Origin: Nitrosopumilus sp.
GTDB lineage: Archaea; Thermoproteota; Nitrososphaeria; Nitrososphaerales; Nitrosopumilaceae
Direction: 5' to 3'
Assembly: GCA_963662625.1 (NCBI GenBank)
Contig: OY759726.1
Span: 1,408,001 to 1,472,000, forward strand
DNA: 64,000 bases
Part shown: positions 47,328 to 57,586 of the stretch, piece after piece
Layout of the letters: each line of letters opens with the position of its first letter
Numbering within the stretch: the stretch's first letter is position 1
Translations under genes and position numbers: made by a program
Notes under the pieces: generated by a model
The model's database searches: none
The model's input: only the letters and a program-made list of their open reading frames with translations
What the model was told of the DNA's origin: nothing

Positions 47328-48251
47328 TCACACGTACACTTGCTTTAGGATGAAGCTTGCCAGGGCGTCCTCTGCGGCCTTGTTCTTCATCGTGATCTTC
47401 GTCTCGTAAACCTTCATGTTCAGGTTCTGGATCTTCCTCGCCAGCAGCCTGTCCTTGGAATCCACGACGATGCTGGAGCATACGTCCGAGTACATCTTGG
47501 CCAGGCCGTACGAGTTCGTCTCGATCCCGGCGGCCTCCATGTACTTGGCGGCCGGGCCCGTCACCGCCTTGTCCCCTATCAGCGGGCTCACGGCGACCAC
47601 CTTCTTCTTGTTCTTCGCCAGCTCCTTCTTCACGCCCTTGATCTGCAGCATCGGGCCGATAGACGTCAGCGGGTTCCCAGGGGCCAGCACCACCATGTCG
47701 GCCGAGTGGATCGCGCTGATCGCCTCGGGGTTCGGCCTGGCCTTGTCCGCGCCTATGTACTGGATGCCCTCCACGGGGTCCCTCCCCCTGTGCTTCACCC
47801 AGAACTCCTGCAGGTGCATCTCGCCCTTGCCGGTGATTATCCTGGTCTCGATGTTGTTGTCCGTCACGGGGATTATGTTGACGCTGACGGCGAACTTCTC
47901 GCACATCCACTTGGTGATGTCGCTGAGGTTCCTGCCGTTCTTCAGCATGTTGGTGCGGATCAGGTGCGTGGCAGCGTCCCTGTCCCCGATCCTGAACCAG
48001 GTCTCCTCGCCGAAGACCTCCATCTGCCTCAGGAAGTTGAACGTGTCCTTCTTGATGCCCCACCCCCTGTCCTGGTCGAGCAGGTCCGCCAGGCCGTAGA
48101 TCACGGTGTCGATGTCGGGGCACACGTACAGCCCGTACAGCCAGTAGTTGTCCCCCACGTTGCTGACGACGTTCACATTGGACTCCTGGGAGGCCAGCCC
48201 CCTGACCAGCTTCACCGAACCCGTGCCGCCCGCTAGTACAGTAACCGTCAT
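47328..48251 (-). CDS. cofD: 2-phospho-L-lactate transferase
   Basis: LAGGTG.VK, NVGD...GLYVCPDIDT, WF.IGDRD.ATH, HLQEFWV, PGNP.TSIGP, GPAAK.M. Confidence 0.95.
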   Translation of the reverse strand: MTVTVLAGGTGSVKLVRGLASQESNVNVVSNVGDNYWLYGLYVCPDIDTVIYGLADLLDQDRGWGIKKDTFNFLRQMEVFGEETWFRIGDRDAATHLIRTNMLKNGRNLSDITKWMCEKFAVSVNIIPVTDNNIETRIITGKGEMHLQEFWVKHRGRDPVEGIQYIGADKARPNPEAISAIHSADMVVLAPGNPLTSIGPMLQIKGVKKELAKNKKKVVAVSPLIGDKAVTGPAAKYMEAAGIETNSYGLAKMYSDVCSSIVVDSKDRLLARKIQNLNMKVYETKITMKNKAAEDALASFILKQVYV

Positions 48252-48355
48252 CCCACTCGCCCCCAGAACCAAGGGCCCTACTCCGTCACTCCATATTACT
48301 TTTTCAAATCGGGTTTTGGATAAGTTTATTTATCGATGAGCCGGCTCTTCTAGTC

Positions 48356-49735
48356 GTGGTTCGGGCTATAGTTGCGGCGGCATTCGTGGCGGCGCTTGTC
48401 ATGGCGGGCACGGGCTCCGCGGCCTGGGGCGCCCAGCTGTTCACCCAGATCGACCCCAACGCCGCCGATTCCCCGTTCAAGATGATTTACCAGAAGACCG
48501 TTTTCGTGCAGTACCCCGACGGCGGCCAGCTCTTCGACCTGCTCCGCACCAAGAGCTGGAACATAAGCGGCAGCGCCGACTCGTCGGATCCGGGGGTGCG
48601 GCAGCTCATCCAGAACATGAACTCCGGCATCACCTCCAACGGCAGCCAGGCCCAGATATCGGACCTCCAGGTGTCCTACGACTTTAACCTCACGGGGAGG
48701 GACATCAACACCTCCATCGACTACAGCGTGATCCTGGAGGGGGCCATAACCGACTACGTGATCACCCAGGACTCCCAGCGGACGCTGGTCGACCTCGGGT
48801 GGAGGGGCCTGTCTGCCACCGGCGAGGTGGTGGTCGACGGCGTCGAGATCAACGTCCCGCTCAGCCTGATCCGGTCGCAGGAGCCGGAGCTGTACGGCGT
48901 GATCCAGGGGACCGACGCCGAGGGCGTGCTCACCATGAACCTGATCAACGCGGACTTCATCCTGGAACAGCCGCTCACCAACTGGCACTTCCTGTTCGAC
49001 CCGACCGGCGTGAGCGTGGACGCCGGGACGTTCGGCCTCGACGAGTCCATCGCCGGCTCCGTCGTCTCCAGCTGGACGATGGGCGAGAGCAGCATCAGGG
49101 AGGGGATACAGGTCGAGAGGGTGTTCGAGGCCGAGGTGGTCTCCGACCAGACCTACGTGATCGAGAGCGTCCAGTCCTCCGACCAGGGCAACCTCAACAT
49201 ACTGGGCTTCGGCGCGCTCGACATACTCGACGGCCTGGAGATCGCCGGCGTCACGCCCACGCCCCCCGAGGGGTTTGCCACCACGTCGACCGGGGACTTT
49301 CCGGTATTCATAATATACGGCATGGCGGGGATGGCCGTGATCGGCGGCGTGGCGTTCTTCATCTACAGCAACAGGGCCCTCAAGAACGAGAAGCAGGGCC
49401 AGCAGGGAATCGCCCCCTCGAGCCTGGTGGGGTACCAGACCAGCGCGTCGGCCGGCGGGTACCAGACCAACAGGGGCGAGGCGCAGCTCAGGGACGAGTC
49501 CGACTATGCCCAGACCAGGAGCGTCTACGAGGACGCGCCCCCGGAGCGGCAGGACGAGCGGCGGCAGGATCCGCCGCGGGACGGGCAGCAGCAGGCCGAC
49601 TCCACGTGCGGGTGCGCCGCGTCGGCCGATGCGGGCTCCGAGTGCGACTGCGCGATGCAGGACTCGTGCCTCTGCGACGCCACGTGCGGGTGCGACGCGG
49701 CCGTGTGCAGGGAGTACGTCGACTCCATGCGGTGA
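48356..49735 (+). CDS. single-pass membrane protein with large exported domain and Cys-rich C-terminal tail
   Basis: Signal peptide (AWG-A), TM FPVFIIYGMAGMAVIGGVAFFIY, tail with 4 CxC plus 1 Cys. Confidence 0.8.
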   Translation: MVRAIVAAAFVAALVMAGTGSAAWGAQLFTQIDPNAADSPFKMIYQKTVFVQYPDGGQLFDLLRTKSWNISGSADSSDPGVRQLIQNMNSGITSNGSQAQISDLQVSYDFNLTGRDINTSIDYSVILEGAITDYVITQDSQRTLVDLGWRGLSATGEVVVDGVEINVPLSLIRSQEPELYGVIQGTDAEGVLTMNLINADFILEQPLTNWHFLFDPTGVSVDAGTFGLDESIAGSVVSSWTMGESSIREGIQVERVFEAEVVSDQTYVIESVQSSDQGNLNILGFGALDILDGLEIAGVTPTPPEGFATTSTGDFPVFIIYGMAGMAVIGGVAFFIYSNRALKNEKQGQQGIAPSSLVGYQTSASAGGYQTNRGEAQLRDESDYAQTRSVYEDAPPERQDERRQDPPRDGQQQADSTCGCAASADAGSECDCAMQDSCLCDATCGCDAAVCREYVDSMR

Positions 49736-49749
49736 CGGCCGCTAGGAAG

Positions 49750-50031
49750 GCGTGTGCTGGGAGTAACCCTCTTTCTGTTTTCGCGACATTTCGCTTTGCG
49801 GCCTACCTGAACCGGCTACAGGATGCCTTGGTTCCGTTTGGCCTTGCTCCATGCGGGGCGACGTTTTCATTCCTGCCCTGGGAACCTCAGGTTCTGCCGT
49901 CACAGTGCCCCAGGCCGGATGCGTTTCTGCGTCGTTGCCAGCCATCTCTGGCTGCCTATCTCCAGGCCGCATTTCCTGTACGGAGGGAGGAGTTTCCTCT
50001 GCCGTGGCAGCGTTCGCGCTCCAGCTCACGC
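49750..50031 (-). ncRNA. rnpB: RNase P RNA
   Basis: Reverse strand has GAGGAAACTCC (5' P4), GCAGAAA, TGAAAAC, GAGCAAG and AACAGAAAGAGGGTTA (3' P4); ends pair (GCGTGAGCTGGAG / CTCCCAGCACACGC). Confidence 0.9.
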
Positions 50032-50066
50032 GGATCATGCGGGCCGGGGGGATTTGAGTATTGCCG

Positions 50067-50690
50067 TCAGGGCTTCCGGCCGGTCACGAACAGCGTCCCG
50101 AGCTCCCTCTTCCACTTCTTCCGGCTCAGGGGATCCCTCACCTGCCTGGTCCTGGCCTCGAACCCCGCGTCCCTGAAGAGCCCCCTCCACTCCCGCCTGG
50201 AATACAGGTGCATCTCCAGGCCGGTCCTCCCGGGCCACCCGGCGGTCGCCGCGTTCTCGGCGTAAAAGTCGGTGCCGCAGAAGAACTCCCCGCCGGGCCT
50301 CAGCAGCCCGAATATGCTTTCCAGCGCGGCCGGCACCGACCTCGCATAGTACACGGACTCCATCGCGAAGGCGTAGTCGAACCCCTCCCCGGCGCGCATC
50401 GACTCGACGTCCCCGTGGACGTACGACTCCCTCGCGGACCCCCTCCCCCGCTCGGCCAGCCCCACCATCTTCCTGCTCTTGTCTATGCCCGTGGCGGCCC
50501 TGCACCCCTCCTCCCGGGCCACCCTCCTCACCACCCAGCCGTTGCCGCACCCCACGTCGAGGAACGTGAACCCGTCCCTCCACCTGACGCCGTCGAGGAA
50601 CCTGGCCACGCTCCTCCCGTGCTCCCTCTCCATCAGCTCGGCCCTGCCGCCCGCGGCCCACTCGTCGAAGACGCGCGCGACCCTGTCCAT
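50067..50690 (-). CDS. class I SAM-dependent methyltransferase
   Basis: FLDVGCGNGW, GIDKS..M, FDYAFAMES.YY, LRPGG. Confidence 0.9.
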   Translation of the reverse strand: MDRVARVFDEWAAGGRAELMEREHGRSVARFLDGVRWRDGFTFLDVGCGNGWVVRRVAREEGCRAATGIDKSRKMVGLAERGRGSARESYVHGDVESMRAGEGFDYAFAMESVYYARSVPAALESIFGLLRPGGEFFCGTDFYAENAATAGWPGRTGLEMHLYSRREWRGLFRDAGFEARTRQVRDPLSRKKWKRELGTLFVTGRKP

Positions 50691-50694
50691 ACGG

Positions 50695-51945
50695 TCACCC
50701 CCCTCCGGCGGGAGCGCCGCCGCCGGCGCCACGCCACCCGCCCCTCACCAGCCCGAGGAGCTGCCTGGCGGCCAGCCCGGGGTGGCGGAGCGCGAGCCTC
50801 GCCATGCCGGCCATCCCAAAGTCCGCGCTGATAAAGTCCAGGAACTCGTCGGGGCTCATCCCCCTGATGACGTCAAGCTCCCTGTCCCACTGCTCGTCCG
50901 TCAGCCCGATCCACCTGTCCTGCACCCTGCCCGCTGACCTCACCTTGCCCAGGATCTCCCTCTTCCAGGCCTCCTCGTACGGGCGCAGCGCCCCGCTGTC
51001 CGTCCTGCCCCCCATGGCGGCCCCGGCCGAGACCCTGCCGGCGACCCTGCCGAACCTTATGGCGTACCTTATGCCCTCGAGCACCAGGGGGTTTGCCTGG
51101 CCCGCCGAGTCCCCCACCAGGACCAGGCCGTCGTGGACGGTCCTCCTCGTCAGGCCCTCGTTGGGGATAAGCCCGTAGTGGTACTCCACCGGCGTCACCC
51201 TCCCAAGGCCGCCTATGGGGCCCTCGCCTGCGCCCAGCAGCTCCCTCAGCCTCGCGGCCGGGTCCACCGCCGACTCGGGCTTTCCTATGCCGACGCCGAT
51301 CCTGACGGTGTCCCCGCCCACGGGGAAGATCCACGCGTACCCCGCGGGCGAGTACCTCTGGCCCACCATGAGCCACCACGTGTCGGGGTCGGCGTTCTCC
51401 ACCCTGGCCTCGACCTCGGCGCCGGCCCCGAACCTCCCCCACCGGGGCGCCAGGCCCATGTCCCTGCACACCACGGAGGGGAACCCGCTGGCGTCCACGA
51501 CCACCCCCGCGTGGAAGTCCTCCCTCCGGCCGCCCCGCGTGCAGGTGACCCCCGCGACGCGGCCGCCCGCGCCCCTTATCGCCCCCGTGGCCGTGGTGCC
51601 CAGGAAGATCTCCGCGCCGCGGGCCTCGGCCTGCCGCGCCAGCCAGCGGTACGTCTTCCTGACGTCCAGCACGGCCGCCCTGGGGGCCGAGTCGCTCACC
51701 GTCACCTCGTTGTTCGGGGAGCGGAACGAGTAGTTCCTCACCGGGTTGAAGCAGTCGTCGGGGATCCCGAACTCCCTGACGCTCCGCATCCACGTGACGC
51801 CGCTGGTCCTGACCGTCTCGGCCACGGACGCCTCCCTCTCGATGACGGCGACCCTTGCCCCGAGCGCGGCCGCCTCGGCCGCGGCCGACGATCCCGCGGG
51901 CCCGCAGCCCACCACCACCAGGTCAAAGTCGCGCCTGACTGCCAA
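50695..51945 (-). CDS. geranylgeranyl reductase family protein
   Basis: VVGCGPAGS, VDASG, PAGYAWIFP, VGDSAGQANP...EGI..A. Confidence 0.88.
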   Translation of the reverse strand: MAVRRDFDLVVVGCGPAGSSAAAEAAALGARVAVIEREASVAETVRTSGVTWMRSVREFGIPDDCFNPVRNYSFRSPNNEVTVSDSAPRAAVLDVRKTYRWLARQAEARGAEIFLGTTATGAIRGAGGRVAGVTCTRGGRREDFHAGVVVDASGFPSVVCRDMGLAPRWGRFGAGAEVEARVENADPDTWWLMVGQRYSPAGYAWIFPVGGDTVRIGVGIGKPESAVDPAARLRELLGAGEGPIGGLGRVTPVEYHYGLIPNEGLTRRTVHDGLVLVGDSAGQANPLVLEGIRYAIRFGRVAGRVSAGAAMGGRTDSGALRPYEEAWKREILGKVRSAGRVQDRWIGLTDEQWDRELDVIRGMSPDEFLDFISADFGMAGMARLALRHPGLAARQLLGLVRGGWRGAGGGAPAGGG

Positions 51946-51991
51946 CCCAGTGCCTTGGGCCGCCCGGGATATAACCCTGAGGGTCGGGGCC

Positions 51992-52213
51992 CTACTCCTT
52001 CAGGACGGGCTTGCCGGCCGAGTCGTTCGCCCTCTCGGCGTCGAACGTCTCCATGTGCGCCGGGTCCCTGTGCATGTAGCTGTGCGAGCTGCCCGGCGAC
52101 TTCCTGCAGAACTTCCCGTGGATCTTGGCCAGGACCTTCAGCGTGTCCCCGTTCTCGTGGAACATCCTCTTGCCGCAGTCCCCGCACGTCGATTCCGGCA
52201 TGAGACGGGTCAC
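51992..52213 (-). CDS. small putative zinc-binding protein
   Basis: CGDC...H...C pattern in a 73-aa ORF with TATA-like upstream. Confidence 0.6.
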   Translation of the reverse strand: MTRLMPESTCGDCGKRMFHENGDTLKVLAKIHGKFCRKSPGSSHSYMHRDPAHMETFDAERANDSAGKPVLKE

Positions 52214-52405
52214 CCGCCGAATCTATTTAGATGTTTCAAAACCGGCGCCGCCGGCCCCGACCCCAAGCTTTAGATGCCCGGCGGTGCCACTGGATCCGGA
52301 TGGACGAGTACGACGCCGTCCCCTTCGCGCTGTGGTCCCTCCTGACCGCCGCGCTGATGGGCATCGCGGCCTTCAGCTACAGGGCCTACGCGGGGCGGGG
52401 CAGGG

Positions 52406-52984
52406 GTGGGGGCGCTCCGGCTTGAGAAGCGGGGCCTCCGGGGCCTCGCCATAGCGGAGAGCTTCGCGCCCGGGGCCGGCCGGTCCGTCCTGTCGGGCGT
52501 GGTGATGCGCAGGGACTTCGTGATCGACGGGTTCGTCTTCGGCTGGGCCACTGTCGGGGGGGACGACGCGACCGACGCCATCGTCTCCATGCACGAGAGG
52601 CTGCGGAGGCCCGACGTGGGCTACCTGCTGGTCTCGGGGATGGTGATCTCGGGGTACAACGTGGTGGACATGGGGCGGCTCCACGGGGAGCTCGGGGTGC
52701 CGGTGATAGGGGTCTCGTACGGCGGCTCGGGCGGCATCGGGGGCGCCATAAGGGGCCGCTTCCCGTCGTCGTGCGGGCCCAAGCTCGCCGCGTACGGCCG
52801 CCTGGGGCCCAGGACGCGGGTCAGGCTGCGCACGTCCGGGGAGGTGTTCGTCAGGGCCGAGGGGTGCGGCGCCGGCGAGGCGGCCCGCCTGCTCGACGGC
52901 CTGACACTGCAGGGCTCGGTGCCAGAGCCGGTGCGCGTCTGCCGGCTGCTCTCCCGGGCGCTGCTGGCCGGGTCACCCCTCTGA
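52406..52984 (+). CDS. DUF99 / endonuclease V-like family protein
   Basis: LAIAESF, GVVMR.D..IDG, TVGGDDATD.I, G.....YNVVD, VPEPVRV. Confidence 0.82.
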   Translation: MGALRLEKRGLRGLAIAESFAPGAGRSVLSGVVMRRDFVIDGFVFGWATVGGDDATDAIVSMHERLRRPDVGYLLVSGMVISGYNVVDMGRLHGELGVPVIGVSYGGSGGIGGAIRGRFPSSCGPKLAAYGRLGPRTRVRLRTSGEVFVRAEGCGAGEAARLLDGLTLQGSVPEPVRVCRLLSRALLAGSPL

Positions 52985-53734
52985 GGCCGTCTTGCCGCCG
53001 TCCACGTCCAGGATCGTGCCGGTGATCCACGACGACTCGTCGGACGCCAGGAAGAGCACGGCGTCGGCGACGTCGGCCGGCTCCCCTATGCGTGCCAGCG
53101 GTATCCTCTCCTCGATCACCCTCCTCGCCTGCGGGTCGTCCAGGTACGGCTTTATCATGCCGGAGTTGATGATGCCCGGGCTGACGCAGTTGCACCGTAT
53201 GTTCCTCCTGGCGTACTCCACGGCGATCGCCCTGGTGAACATGGCTATCGCCGCCTTGGTCGACGAGTACGCCGCGAGGTGGACCCTGGGTATGGCGCGC
53301 CTGCCCGACGTCGAGCCGATGTTCACTATGGCGCCGCCCCCGGCGTCCACCATCTTGGCCAGCACCGCCCTCGTGGCATGGAAGACGCCGAGCATGTTGA
53401 CGTCCACGAGCTTCCTGATGTCCTGGCCCCGCATCTCGTGGAAGTGCGCCGGGTCGTTGATGGTCCCGGCGTTGTTTACCAGCACGTCTATCCTCCCGTA
53501 CGCGTCGGCCACCTGGCCCACCGCGTGCGCCACCTGCGCCTCGTCGGTCAGGTCGCACGACACCGACGCCGTGCGGTCCTTGCGGCCGACCTCGTCCCTG
53601 GCCTTCTCCAGCCTCGGCAGGTCCACGGCCGCGAGGACCACCCTGGCGCCCTCCTCGACGAACCTCTTCACGATGCCCTTGCCGATGTCGCTGGACGCGC
53701 CGGTCACCAGGGCAACCCTCCCGTCCAGCCTCAT
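52973..53734 (-). CDS. short-chain dehydrogenase/reductase
   Basis: VTGASSDIG, LVNNAG, YSSTK, NCVSPG, VDGG. Confidence 0.93.
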   Translation of the reverse strand: MRLDGRVALVTGASSDIGKGIVKRFVEEGARVVLAAVDLPRLEKARDEVGRKDRTASVSCDLTDEAQVAHAVGQVADAYGRIDVLVNNAGTINDPAHFHEMRGQDIRKLVDVNMLGVFHATRAVLAKMVDAGGGAIVNIGSTSGRRAIPRVHLAAYSSTKAAIAMFTRAIAVEYARRNIRCNCVSPGIINSGMIKPYLDDPQARRVIEERIPLARIGEPADVADAVLFLASDESSWITGTILDVDGGKTASEG

Positions 53735-54044
53735 GGTTTGGGTTTCCGGCCATGTCTTATAGCGTTTTTGGTGGGGCCGGAGCCGCGTGGGATCCGGAAG
53801 GCGTCCACGCGCACTGTTAATAAAGACGGCGCCGCTTTTGGGCTATGGGGCCACCGCCCCCGCGCCATCCCGGACGCCCCGCCTGGCAGGGATTTCCAGC
53901 GCCTCCCCCGCGTGATCATGCGCGTCATGAGGTGGGACCGCCCGCCCCTCCAGGGCTTCCAGCCCTTGATCTGGCAGCTTGTCTTTCGGGACGCCTGCAA
54001 GTTCCCGTACCGTTCCGCCCGGGGGAAATTTTCAATGATCGTCA

Positions 54045-54290
54045 CTACGGGCGGGGCCGCCGCGCCGCGTACTCCCCCAGCACGCCCTCGAGCTCGGAGT
54101 CGGACCCGCACCCCCTGATCCGGTCCACCAGGCCCTCCTCCTCGATCTCGTAGCAGTTCAGGAAGTCCTGGGAGTCCTTGAACACCAGGATCGCCTTGCC
54201 CCTGAAGATGCAGTGGTACAGCCTCTCCCTCTCCATCAGCTCGGGCCTTATGCTGACGCCGTCGTCGTTGGCGGACAGTGGGGAGCTCAC
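54045..54290 (-). CDS. conserved hypothetical protein
   Basis: 81-aa ORF with ordinary composition, divergent from dinB. Confidence 0.6.
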   Translation of the reverse strand: MSSPLSANDDGVSIRPELMERERLYHCIFRGKAILVFKDSQDFLNCYEIEEEGLVDRIRGCGSDSELEGVLGEYAARRPRP

Positions 54291-54362
54291 GGGCGTGCTA
54301 CGCCGCCGCGGTATTTAGGTGAATGCGCAATACTGTAATATCGCGCGCGCCCACGGTGGCCA

Positions 54363-55457
54363 TTGGAAAATAGGGTCGTTTTCCACGTGGACTTTGACTA
54401 TTTTTACGCCCAGTGCGAGGAGATACGCCGGCCGGAGCTCCGGCACAGGCCCGTGTGCGTCTGCGTGTACTCGGACAGGGGCGGGGAAAGCGGCGCGATC
54501 GCCACCGCGAACTACGCGGCAAGGGAGTTCGGCGTCAGGTCCGGCGCCCCGATCGCGTCGGCTAGGAGGGCGCTCGAGGGCAGGGACGACGCGGTGTTCC
54601 TCCCGGTCGACTTTGACTACTACTCGGGCGTCTCGGAGGGCGCGATGGAGGCGATGCGGGGCTTCGCCGACGTCTTCGAGTACGTGGGCAGGGACGAGGC
54701 GTACCTGGACGTGACGGGCAGGACGGGGGGCAGCTTCGACGCCGCCGCCCACCTGGCCCAGCAGGTCAAGAACGAGATCCGGCGCCGGCAGAAGCTCGGC
54801 TGCTCGGTGGGGGTGTCGCCCAACAAGCTCCTCTCGAAGATAGCGTCTGACTACCGCAAGCCCGACGGCCTGACGGTCGTCCGGCCGGGGGGCGTCGAGG
54901 GGTTCCTGGACCCGATGGGGATCAGGGCGATCCCGGGGATCGGCGGCAAGGCGGAGGCCAGGTTCTCCCGCATGGGGCTGCGGACGGTCGGGGACGTGAG
55001 GGGGATCGACGCGTTCGCCCTCAACAGGGAGTTCGGGAGGAGGACGGCCGCGTACATCTACAACGCGGTGAGGGGCGAGGACGCCGAGCCCGTGAGGGAG
55101 CGGGAGCCCAACGTCCAGTACAGCAAGATCACCACCCTGAAGAGGGACTCGTCGGACTACGGCTTCCTGTCCGAGAGCATCGCGCAGGTCTGCCGCGAGC
55201 TGCACGGGGTGGTGGCGGCCAAGAACCTGGCGTTCAAGTCGGTGGGCGTCCAGTTCGTCCAGTCGGACATGTCGAGCAAGACCAGGTCGAGGCTGCTGAG
55301 GAGCCCCGCGTCCAGCCTGGAGGACCTGCAGAAGGCCGCCCTGCAGCTGCTGGGCGACGCGCTGGCAGGCCAGGACAAGGACGTCAGGAGGCTGGGCGTC
55401 AGGGTCTCGGAGCTGTCCGGGGCGGGGGCCCGGGGCGACATCACTAGCTACTTTTAG
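54363..55457 (+). CDS. dinB: Y-family DNA polymerase IV (Dpo4/DinB)
   Basis: HVDFDYFYAQCE, ATANY.AR.FGV.SG, DEAYLD, KIASD..KPDG, IPGIG; PIP-like C-terminus DITSYF. Confidence 0.95.
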   Translation: MENRVVFHVDFDYFYAQCEEIRRPELRHRPVCVCVYSDRGGESGAIATANYAAREFGVRSGAPIASARRALEGRDDAVFLPVDFDYYSGVSEGAMEAMRGFADVFEYVGRDEAYLDVTGRTGGSFDAAAHLAQQVKNEIRRRQKLGCSVGVSPNKLLSKIASDYRKPDGLTVVRPGGVEGFLDPMGIRAIPGIGGKAEARFSRMGLRTVGDVRGIDAFALNREFGRRTAAYIYNAVRGEDAEPVREREPNVQYSKITTLKRDSSDYGFLSESIAQVCRELHGVVAAKNLAFKSVGVQFVQSDMSSKTRSRLLRSPASSLEDLQKAALQLLGDALAGQDKDVRRLGVRVSELSGAGARGDITSYF

Positions 55458-56409
55458 GGGCCCGCCCGCCCGCCTCGCTCCTCTTCATGCGCCTCGTCTC
55501 CACCAGTATCACCACCAGCAGGAACGCGAACAGCCACGGCAGGAACATTATCTCGCCGGCGACCTCGTGGAACGCCTCCCACTTTTCCGCGTCGGTCGTG
55601 ACCTTCAGCGCGTACCACGACAGCGAGAAGATCCTGATCATGTTGACCGCCACGGTGCCGACTATGCCCAGCGCAAAGTACGCGGACTTTCTCCCGCGCG
55701 GGATGTTCATCTTGAGCAGGAACGCCCCCATCACCAGCGAGTATATGATCACGCTGTGCACGCCGGCCGAGGGCCAGAACACCTGGAGGGCCATCGAGCC
55801 GTGGTCGCCCCTGAGGAACATGATGTTGTCGCGCGCCGTGGCGAACCCGAGGTCCAGGACGGTGATCAGCCAGACGTTCGCCTGGACCAGGTAGGGGACC
55901 ACGTACTGGAGCGGCCCCAGCGTGTCGTACGGGAAGAACGCGTCCAGCGAGAGGATGATGCCGCTGCCGGCAAGGAAGATGGGCCCGGCGGGGGCTATCC
56001 GTATCCAGCGGCCCCCGAAGAACGCGGTCAGCGCCGCCACGACGAACGCTGCCATCACGAAAAAGTCCCACATCCACGTCCACGAGTGCACCAGCTGGAC
56101 GTCGTACGACCCGGCCGACGCCACTATGTGGTCCCGCAGGCCGGCGTCCAGGCTGGCAAAGTACGCGATCGCCAGCGCGGCGAGCGGCGCCGCGCAGGCC
56201 AGGCGCCCCCGGGACACGGCGATCCTGAGCCCCACGAGCTCGGCGGCGATGAACACCAGCGCGAACAGGAACCCGCCCCGCCCCTGGTTCCAGCTGAAGC
56301 TGAAGCTGTCCGGGTACGCGGCCAGGACGAACAGGATGGGGCTGGTCAGCAGCAGTATGCCCGCGAAGAGGTTCCAGTTAGGCATCGCTCTGGTCAGGGG
56401 CCGGGCCAA
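55444..56409 (-). CDS. thaumarchaeosortase (archaeosortase/exosortase family)
   Basis: Multi-TM; VFWPSAGVHS (Ser at the catalytic Cys position), N.IRI, FHE..GE. Confidence 0.88.
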   Translation of the reverse strand: MARPLTRAMPNWNLFAGILLLTSPILFVLAAYPDSFSFSWNQGRGGFLFALVFIAAELVGLRIAVSRGRLACAAPLAALAIAYFASLDAGLRDHIVASAGSYDVQLVHSWTWMWDFFVMAAFVVAALTAFFGGRWIRIAPAGPIFLAGSGIILSLDAFFPYDTLGPLQYVVPYLVQANVWLITVLDLGFATARDNIMFLRGDHGSMALQVFWPSAGVHSVIIYSLVMGAFLLKMNIPRGRKSAYFALGIVGTVAVNMIRIFSLSWYALKVTTDAEKWEAFHEVAGEIMFLPWLFAFLLVVILVETRRMKRSEAGGRAPKSS

Positions 56410-56431
56410 TAAATAGATCGGTCTGCCCCGC

Positions 56432-57586
56432 CTAGGTGTACTCGGAGATCCGCCTCTGCCTCAGCAGCCGCGTGACGCTGCCCCGCGCGAGCCACTCCGC
56501 CTTGCTGACGCTCGTGTGCCCGGCCGCCACGTCCAGCGCCTCGTCGAGGCCGCCGGCCTCCCGCGGCCCGGAGGCCATCGCGAGCCGGACCCCCTCCCTC
56601 ACCTGCCAGACGCCCACCGGGACGGCGTACTCCGGGCGTATCTCGCGCAGCACCAGCGCCCCGGCCTGGACGCCCCTCCCCGCGAGGTACTCGGCGACGC
56701 CGAGCCTGGCCGCAAAGTACGCCCCTGCTATGGAGGGCGGGTGGCCCAGCCCCCTGGCGTCCTCGCAGTCGGAGCCGAACCCAACGGCGCCGCCCGAGTG
56801 CCAGGCCTCCGTCATCTCGAAGACCCACCTGTGCGGGAACAGCACCACGGAGAACGCGTTCCCGAGGTGCGCGTGCGTGAAGACGGCGTGCGAGTCGATC
56901 TCCGGCATGTCCAGGACGTCCCCCACCAGGGACCGCGATATGGTGTCGTCGGTGGCAGCGATGCTCCACCTGGTGGGGACGAGCCTCCTCCTCCGGCCCA
57001 GCATCCCGATGCTGAGGCACCTCTGGATCCTGGTGACGTCTATCCCGGAGCGGTACAGCCCCACCACCGCGTCGGCCGACCCCAGGTCCCTGTCGTAGTA
57101 GGCCCTCTCGATGGCCCTGGACGGCGGCGACGCCGAGAACCTGGCGTCCCTCACCTCCCCCGCGGGGCCGAACGGGGCGCTCTCGCCGTCGACGTGCGCC
57201 GAGGGGGAGACCGCCCCGCTGAACCGCAGGTCGGAGTCGACGGGCCTCGACGACATCGCCACCTCCTGCAGGTCCCCGACGTAGCGCGACCCCGTGTCGC
57301 CGGCGCGGATCCTCCGGATCCCGCGGACCAGTCCCAGGCGGAAGCCGACGATCTCCTCCAGCGTCATGCCGGCCCACCGCTCCGGGCTGTCGAGCAGGCT
57401 GGTGTCGCCGTGGGCCTGCGGGACCATGGGCCCGACCGACACCCTCGGGTACCCGTGCGACCCCACGAAGACGGACGGCGGGCTGGACCCGCTCACGGAG
57501 TCCGACTGGAACAGGCCGCCCCGCCCCGCGGGGCCCGCGTGCCACCTTTCCAGGATGGCCTTCCTGATGTCCTGCGCGCTCGGCAC
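56432..57586 (-). CDS. nreA: Nre-family DNA repair protein
   Basis: GSSPPSVFVG..GYP.V, R.LVPTRWSI.ATD, GAYFAARL, REI.PEY..PVGVWQVRE, C-terminal PIP QRRISEY. Confidence 0.88.
   Translation of the reverse strand: MPSAQDIRKAILERWHAGPAGRGGLFQSDSVSGSSPPSVFVGSHGYPRVSVGPMVPQAHGDTSLLDSPERWAGMTLEEIVGFRLGLVRGIRRIRAGDTGSRYVGDLQEVAMSSRPVDSDLRFSGAVSPSAHVDGESAPFGPAGEVRDARFSASPPSRAIERAYYDRDLGSADAVVGLYRSGIDVTRIQRCLSIGMLGRRRRLVPTRWSIAATDDTISRSLVGDVLDMPEIDSHAVFTHAHLGNAFSVVLFPHRWVFEMTEAWHSGGAVGFGSDCEDARGLGHPPSIAGAYFAARLGVAEYLAGRGVQAGALVLREIRPEYAVPVGVWQVREGVRLAMASGPREAGGLDEALDVAAGHTSVSKAEWLARGSVTRLLRQRRISEYT

Noticed and set aside
49742-50038. 98-aa ORF
   Set aside because: The region is the RNase P RNA gene.
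55444-56409. Cys->Ser at the sortase active site as a sign of inactivation
   Set aside because: Ser at this position is a known feature of thaumarchaeosortases.
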